DNA of 64,000 nucleotides from Actinomycetota bacterium (GTDB lineage Bacteria > Actinomycetota > Acidimicrobiia > Spongiisociales > UBA4744), in the NCBI GenBank assembly GCA_013152275.1, contig JAADGS010000018.1, positions 11,896 to 75,895 of the forward strand. The letters are read 5' to 3'. A program made the position numbers and the translations under genes. Of the stretch, positions 59,131-64,000 are shown in pieces. The notes beneath the pieces are model-generated. The model searched no databases, was not told the origin of the DNA, and saw only the letters and a list, made by a program, of their open reading frames with translations. How positions within the stretch are numbered: the stretch's first letter is position 1; every line of letters begins with the position of its first letter.

Positions 59131-60021
59131 TCACTTGGTCGGGCGGCCCCAGAATTCCAGTTCGGCGATCGCCAGCTCGTTGTACGGGGTCTTACCGTCG
59201 ACGGACTGTGACGCATACGTCGAGGTGACCTTGAAGGTGATCTGGGTCGTGCTGAAGCTCGTCACCGCGATGGGCTGCGCCCTCTTTGTGTCTTCGAGTT
59301 GGTCGATGAACGGGGCGTCCGGTAGATCATCGAAATCGATCTCGAAACCTTTGACCCTGTAGTTCATCTTGAACTTCTTGTCGTCCGAGACGTTCTTGAA
59401 GACGATCGTCTGCAGCGCGTACGCCTGTGCGAACGTCACTTCGATCTCGGCGCCCTTGCCCTTTGCCGAGGCGTCGTTCCAGTACGTGCTGTCTTGACCG
59501 TCGAAGAGGTTGTCACAGGAGAGGCTTTCGTTGAGCTCACTGGAGCAGCGCCAGTCGATCGGGACGATCTTCACCGGGATCGCAGCCACGGTCGTCGATG
59601 TGGTGGAGGACGTCGGTGGGACTGCAGGAGTCTTGTTGCCGAGCAGCGAGTTGACCGCGAACGCGAGGATGGCTACGACCGCGACCGTCCCGAAGATCAC
59701 TGCGAGGGCGCGCGCTCCGGCGGTGGTGCGGATCATGGGCTGGGGAGCGACCGGCAGTGGACCTTGGGTGATGCGGGCGCCACACTGCTCACAGTGACGG
59801 TTCGTGGACGGGTTGGAGGCTCCACATGAGGGGCAGATCACAGCGTCGACCATCGGGGAGACCGAGACAATCGGTTCGATCTCTTGGCCCTCTGGAGGCT
59901 CATCGAGGTCGAACGTTTCGTATCCCGCGGATTGGATCGAGCCGATCCACTGTCCGCAGTTGGGACAGAACTCCTGTTCCTCGAAGACCTCTCCACAGTT
60001 GCTGCATGTGATCTGTGCCAA
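59131..60021 (-). CDS. membrane protein: N-terminal double zinc-ribbon, TM helix, C-terminal discoidin/F5-8-type-C-like domain
   Basis: CSNCG...CPNCG and CPSCG...CEQCG pairs. TM (ALAVIFGTVAVVAILAFAV). C-terminal ...YNELAIAELEFWG typical of galactose-binding-like/discoidin domains. Confidence 0.65.
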   Translation of the reverse strand: MAQITCSNCGEVFEEQEFCPNCGQWIGSIQSAGYETFDLDEPPEGQEIEPIVSVSPMVDAVICPSCGASNPSTNRHCEQCGARITQGPLPVAPQPMIRTTAGARALAVIFGTVAVVAILAFAVNSLLGNKTPAVPPTSSTTSTTVAAIPVKIVPIDWRCSSELNESLSCDNLFDGQDSTYWNDASAKGKGAEIEVTFAQAYALQTIVFKNVSDDKKFKMNYRVKGFEIDFDDLPDAPFIDQLEDTKRAQPIAVTSFSTTQITFKVTSTYASQSVDGKTPYNELAIAELEFWGRPTK

Positions 60022-60197
60022 CGGTGCCTTCCTCGTTCAGTTGCTATTCTGCCACGTGCGTGCCATCTCTCGCGATCAGAACGGCGGAAACTTGGACGGC
60101 CGGCAATCTTGTCGGCGGTTTTCTCCTTCTCGCGCTCGTCGCGCTTGCCGTGATCGCCATCTTTCGTGTCACTCTGCGTCGGTAGCATCACCTCCAC

Positions 60198-61478
60198 ATG
60201 AAGTATCTCTGTTCGTCGTGTGGACATCGATCCGCGAAGTGGATGGGGTTCTGTCCTCAGTGTGGTTCGAGAGAGGCGCTGGTCGAGGATCGAGCTACAC
60301 GGCGCGCTGCGCCACCGGAAGTCGTCCCGGTCGCGTCCGCGGCAGCCTCGGCAGGTGATCGCTCTCCGGTCGGCATCGGTGAGATCGACCGGGTGCTCGG
60401 AGGTGGGATCGTCCCCGGGGCGGTGCTGCTCCTCGGTGGCGAACCCGGCGTCGGCAAATCCACCCTTCTTCTGCAGGCTGCAGGATCGTTCGCCGGGACA
60501 GGGCGCAGCGTGCTCATCGCGACCGCGGAGGAGTCTTCACATCAGGTCGGGCTGCGGGCCAAGCGCCTGGGCGTGGATTCTCCACGGGTGTCACTCGTTG
60601 CCGATTCCGACATCGATGCCATCCTTGCCGCGGCCGACGCGATGCGGCCGGATCTGCTCATCGTCGACTCCATCCAGACGGTCTCCGCTCCCGGAGTCGG
60701 ATCCGTGCCCGGTTCGGTCTCCCAGGTCAGAGAGTGTGCGGCCAGAGTCATCCAACATGCGAAGGAGCATGCCACCGCTGCGGTGCTCGTCGGGCACATA
60801 ACCAAGGACGGAGGCATTGCAGGTCCCAAGACGCTGGAGCACATGGTCGACGTCGTCTTGTACCTCGAGGGTGAGAGCAACATGGGGTTGCGCGCTCTGC
60901 GGGGGCTGAAGAACCGGTTCGGACCGACCCATCGACTCGGCCTGTTCGAGATGCGGAGCGAGGGTCTCGCGGAGGTCGAGGACCCATCTGCGGCGTTTCT
61001 CTCCGACTGGAGGGGCTCCTCGGCGGGGACGGTCGTGTTTCCGACGGTCGAGGGGAGACGCCCGGTTCTCGTCGAAGTTCAGGCCCTCGTGTCGCCGAGT
61101 TCGGTGCCGCAGCCCCGACGCAGTGTCCGTGGCCTCCAACCGGCACGCGTCCATCAGCTTCTCGCCGTCATGGAGCGCCACGCGGGCCTCGGCTTCTCGG
61201 CGCACGAGGTGTACGTCAACGTCGTTGGCGGGATTCGGGTCTCCGAGCCGGGGGCCGACCTTCCGGTCGCGCTCGCGCTTGCATCTTCCCTGCTCGATCG
61301 GCCGCTGGGATCGCTCGCGTCGTGGGGTGAGATCGGCCTGACCGGCGAGGTCCGTCCGGTCGCCCACGAGCGAAGGCGCCGGGAAGAGTCGGCCCGTCTG
61401 GGTATCGAACGAGTCGTCGGCCCGAGGAGCGGTGCCCCTTCCAGTCTGCGCGACGCGTTGGAGAAGGCGTTCGGCTGA
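60198..61478 (+). CDS. radA: DNA repair protein RadA/Sms
   Basis: N-terminal zinc finger CSSCGH...CPQCG, RecA-like Walker A GEPGVGKST, KNRFG motif, and a Lon-like C-terminus. Confidence 0.95.
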   Translation: MKYLCSSCGHRSAKWMGFCPQCGSREALVEDRATRRAAPPEVVPVASAAASAGDRSPVGIGEIDRVLGGGIVPGAVLLLGGEPGVGKSTLLLQAAGSFAGTGRSVLIATAEESSHQVGLRAKRLGVDSPRVSLVADSDIDAILAAADAMRPDLLIVDSIQTVSAPGVGSVPGSVSQVRECAARVIQHAKEHATAAVLVGHITKDGGIAGPKTLEHMVDVVLYLEGESNMGLRALRGLKNRFGPTHRLGLFEMRSEGLAEVEDPSAAFLSDWRGSSAGTVVFPTVEGRRPVLVEVQALVSPSSVPQPRRSVRGLQPARVHQLLAVMERHAGLGFSAHEVYVNVVGGIRVSEPGADLPVALALASSLLDRPLGSLASWGEIGLTGEVRPVAHERRRREESARLGIERVVGPRSGAPSSLRDALEKAFG

Positions 61479-61509
61479 CACGGTGCCCCTCTTGCCGGTT
61501 GCCGAGCAG

Positions 61510-61737
61510 GTACTTCGTTCCTTGTACTTCGTATCGCGACCTGCCCGGCGCCGAGACCGTGGGGCGAGCGTCGCGGCTCCTGATAGCCGTTCGCCGGCTG
61601 CTCAACTGCCGCAACCCTGCCAGGCGTTTCTGCAAGGCATCGAGAGCGGTGATTGTGGGAAGGAGCCACACTCGCCCTGAGGTGCTGCGGCAGTGGTGGC
61701 GGCGGTACCGAATACGAAGCACCGGGTACGAAGAGCG
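61510..61737. repeat. Composite palindromic element: [TACTTCG heptads]-[GGGGCGAGCGTCGCGGCTCC]-~70 bp-[GGAGCCACACTCGCCCTGAGG]-[CGAAG heptads]
   Basis: Heptads at 61510-61536 (+) and 61699-61737 (-). Inverted 22-bp cores at 61557-61580 and 61652-61673. Lies between radA and disA. Confidence 0.8.
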
Positions 61738-61794
61738 AAGCGAGCCCGGCTGATCCCCGTAACCGTTCCGGGGCCGCACTAGTCTTCACCAGCA

Positions 61795-62856
61795 ATGACC
61801 TCCGACCTCTTCCTGCAGACCGTTCAGCGGCTCGCTCCGGGGACTCCGATCCGGATAGCGTTTGGACGTATCATCCAGGAGGAGAACGGTGCCCTCGTCG
61901 TCCTTGGCGACGGACCCGAGGTTCAAGCGATCTGCTCCGGGGGTTTCGATCTTTCCGGCACCGAGTTCTCGTCTGCCAGGCTTGCCGAACTGGCGAAGAT
62001 GGATGGTGCGATCATCATCGACGATTCGTGGAGCAAGATTCTGCGGGCCAACGTGCACCTGTTGCCGGATCCGTCGATCGCGACCGTCGAGACCGGTGCC
62101 CGTCATCGGACTGCCGAACGGGTGGCCGTTCAGACGGGTAAGCCGGTCGTTGCCGTGAGTGAGGATCGACGCGTGGCGACCCTGTTCCTCCATGACATGC
62201 GTCAGGAGCTGCAGGATCCGACGGATCTCATGGCGTCGGTGAACCAGTCTCTTTCCACCCTCGAGCGTGTTCGCAGGCGCCTCGATGAGGCGGAGGAGCG
62301 GCTCACCCCGTTGGAAGTCTCCGACCTGGTCACGTATCGGCGGGTTGTCGTGCTCGTGCAGCGAGCCGAACTCGTCCGCAGGATCGGCGATTCGATCAAA
62401 GAGGATCTCATCGGGCTGGGCGGGGCCGGCGATCTTGCACGCCTGCAGCTGACCGATCTCATGCAGGGAGTCGTCGAGCTCAGGGATCTCGTCGTTCGAG
62501 ATTACGTGCGGCCGTTGCGAGTGGGCACGGTCGAACGCAGGCTCAAACGGCTCGAGGCCGTTCCCACCGCGGAGCTACATGAGCCGGATGCCGTGGCAGA
62601 GGCTCTCGGCTTCGAACATCTCGACGAGCGTGCAGAGCCCTTGGGTATTCGCGTGCTCAATCAGGTTCCCCGCTTGCCGGACAACATTCGCGACGGTGTT
62701 GCCAAGCATTTCCGGAGTCTTCAGAAGATGATGAGTGCCTCGGCGGCCGAGCTGGATTCTGTCACGGGGATCGGCAAGGCGAGAGCGCAGGAGCTGCGCA
62801 GAGTGTTCGACCGATTGCAGGAATCCGTTCATTCGTGGGACCACGAACCGCTCTGA
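61795..62856 (+). CDS. disA: DNA integrity scanning protein DisA (diadenylate cyclase)
   Basis: DAC domain (DGAIIID, RHRTAERV), linker, and a C-terminal HhH. Confidence 0.9.
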   Translation: MTSDLFLQTVQRLAPGTPIRIAFGRIIQEENGALVVLGDGPEVQAICSGGFDLSGTEFSSARLAELAKMDGAIIIDDSWSKILRANVHLLPDPSIATVETGARHRTAERVAVQTGKPVVAVSEDRRVATLFLHDMRQELQDPTDLMASVNQSLSTLERVRRRLDEAEERLTPLEVSDLVTYRRVVVLVQRAELVRRIGDSIKEDLIGLGGAGDLARLQLTDLMQGVVELRDLVVRDYVRPLRVGTVERRLKRLEAVPTAELHEPDAVAEALGFEHLDERAEPLGIRVLNQVPRLPDNIRDGVAKHFRSLQKMMSASAAELDSVTGIGKARAQELRRVFDRLQESVHSWDHEPL

Positions 62857-62970
62857 CGCGTCCGCCAGGCAACGCACACGGCAGTAGCCGGTTTCGGGCC
62901 TTCCGCGGCCGACCTTCAGCAAGAGCCACCACGCTCGTCCCGCGGTCTCGACGCCTGGCGGGTCGTGACA

Positions 62971-63098
62971 CGCAGTACGAAGCACGAGAAACGTACGGAT
63001 GCGGCGGGCCTCCGGCTTCTGGCGAAAGCCGCTACGCTCGCCCCGGCGTCTCATGGCGACTGCCGCTGCGCAACGAAGTACGAAATGCAAAGCACGGG
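62971..63098. repeat. CGCTCGCC-core + CGAAG heptad element, upstream of carD
   Basis: CGCAGTACGAAGCACGAGAAACGTACGG ... GCCGCTACGCTCGCCCCGGCG ... CAACGAAGTACGAAATGCAAAGCACGGG. Confidence 0.75.
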
Positions 63099-63148
63099 TG
63101 AGTGCAGCGAGACCACCGAGTAGAATCCCCCTCCCAACCTGAGGATCT

Positions 63149-63961
63149 ATGGCTACACCGAAGAAACCTGCCGCGAAGAAAACGGCTGCCAAGCCGGCGG
63201 CGAAGAAGCCTGCGGCGAAGAAGCCTGCGGCCAAGACCGGCACGAAGACGGCGGCGAAGAAGCCCGCGGCCAAGAAACCTGCGGCCAAGGCTCCTGCGAA
63301 GACGGCGAAACCCGCAGCAAAGAAAGCGGTTGCGAAGACGGCGGCGAAGAAACCTGCGGCCAAGGCTCCTGCGAAGACGGCGGCGAAGAAGCCTGCCGCG
63401 AAGAAGACAACCGCCAAGACGGCGGCGAAGAAGCCCGCGGCCAAGAAACCGTCGATCTTCAGCGTCGGTGACAAGGTCGTGCATCCACAACACGGTGCCG
63501 CGATCATCGTCAAGAAAGTGCGGCAGACGGTTGCCGGCTCCCGCCAGGAGTACTTCGTGCTCGAGATCGCGACGGAGCAACTCACCGTCTTCGCCCCGGT
63601 CGACACGATCGAGGAAACGATTCGCCCGGTGATCTCCAAGAATCAGGCACGCAAGGTTCTTGCGGTCTTCAAAGATCCTCCGCAGGAGGCAGGGAGCAAC
63701 TGGAGCCGGTGGTACAAGATACTGAATGAGAAGATGACCAGCGGGGACATCTACCAGGTCGCCGAGGTCGTGAGGGATCTCACCTACGCGCAGCAGATCA
63801 AGGGAATCTCCCCGGCTCTCAAGAGGATGCTCTCCCGTGCACGACTGACGTTGACATCCGAGTTGCAGTTTGCGCTGAACGTGGGTGAGGAAGAAGCGAC
63901 CAAACGCCTCGACCGGGCTCTGCCCACCGTGGAGGAGCCGGACGCCGGCGGTACGACGTGA
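63149..63961 (+). CDS. carD: CarD/CdnL-family RNAP-binding transcription regulator with N-terminal Lys/Ala/Pro-rich histone-H1-like repeat extension
   Basis: Residues 1-~95 are AAKKPAAKK repeats, encoded by 18-bp DNA tandem repeats at 63166-63440. They are followed by [16 protein letters not shown]...[25 protein letters not shown], which matches the CarD RID and C-terminal domains. Confidence 0.8.
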   Translation: MATPKKPAAKKTAAKPAAKKPAAKKPAAKTGTKTAAKKPAAKKPAAKAPAKTAKPAAKKAVAKTAAKKPAAKAPAKTAAKKPAAKKTTAKTAAKKPAAKKPSIFSVGDKVVHPQHGAAIIVKKVRQTVAGSRQEYFVLEIATEQLTVFAPVDTIEETIRPVISKNQARKVLAVFKDPPQEAGSNWSRWYKILNEKMTSGDIYQVAEVVRDLTYAQQIKGISPALKRMLSRARLTLTSELQFALNVGEEEATKRLDRALPTVEEPDAGGTT

Positions 63962-64000
63962 TCGTCGAGATCGTGCGCCTGCTCATCACGCTGGCGCTGA

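Noticed and set aside
63153-63410. 85-aa minus-strand ORF inside carD repeat region
   Set aside because: It is antisense to the lysine-repeat coding array. A repetitive Ser/Pro artefact.
63958-64000. Partial ORF starting GTG 63958 ([14 protein letters not shown]...)
   Set aside because: It is too short at the window edge to identify; the expected ispD N-terminus is not recognisable. Left uncalled.

Overview
This 64-kb window comes from a high-GC (~68-70%) actinobacterial chromosome with mostly short intergenic regions. Gene order resembles the Mycobacterium/Streptomyces core layout. Left to right:
- xylB/xylA with a xylFGH-type sugar ABC transporter
- SDR dehydrogenase, a REP-flanked histidine phosphatase, a hotdog thioesterase and a HAD hydrolase
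- a complete Tad/Flp pilus locus (degenerate tadZ-like, tadA, tadB, tadC, flp, tadE, tadF-like)
- DEAH helicase with DUF1998, LCP protein, H+-pyrophosphatase and a two-domain histidine phosphatase
- topA, MFS transporter, tmk, holB, tRNA-Thr(CGT), sigH-rshA, HExxH metalloprotease
- tilS, hpt, ftsH, folE, folP, a DSP-fold pseudophosphatase, folB and a folK-ICMT fusion
- methyltransferase, DedA-PAP2 fusion
- a four-gene anaerobic Ni-CO-dehydrogenase island: cooF-cooS-cooC-FAD/NAD oxidoreductase
- DUF2520, panC, coaX, lysS, aminotransferase, duplicated-repeat membrane protein, polyprenyl synthase, clpC1
- BMP-family ABC transporter, zinc-ribbon/discoidin membrane protein, radA, disA, and a carD with a Lys-rich N-terminus

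The most unusual signals come in four groups:
1. A family of intergenic modular repeats in at least six loci. Each has a conserved GCGACGCTCGCCC core plus arrays of 7-bp units (TACTTCG / CGAAGTA). One locus carries an uninterrupted (CTTGGTR)x16 microsatellite; another forms a ~230-bp composite palindrome.
2. A ~55-bp nested-palindrome REP-like element in five copies. Two copies bracket one histidine-phosphatase gene, and one supplies the stop codon of the other phosphatase gene.
3. The Ni-CODH island sits inside otherwise conserved housekeeping synteny.
4. Several atypical gene architectures: the FolK-ICMT fusion, an inactive DSP-fold protein inside the folate operon, the lysine-repeat CarD, and a P-loop-less TadZ.

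I had no tools, so all homology calls rest on reading motifs by eye and need BLAST/HMM confirmation.
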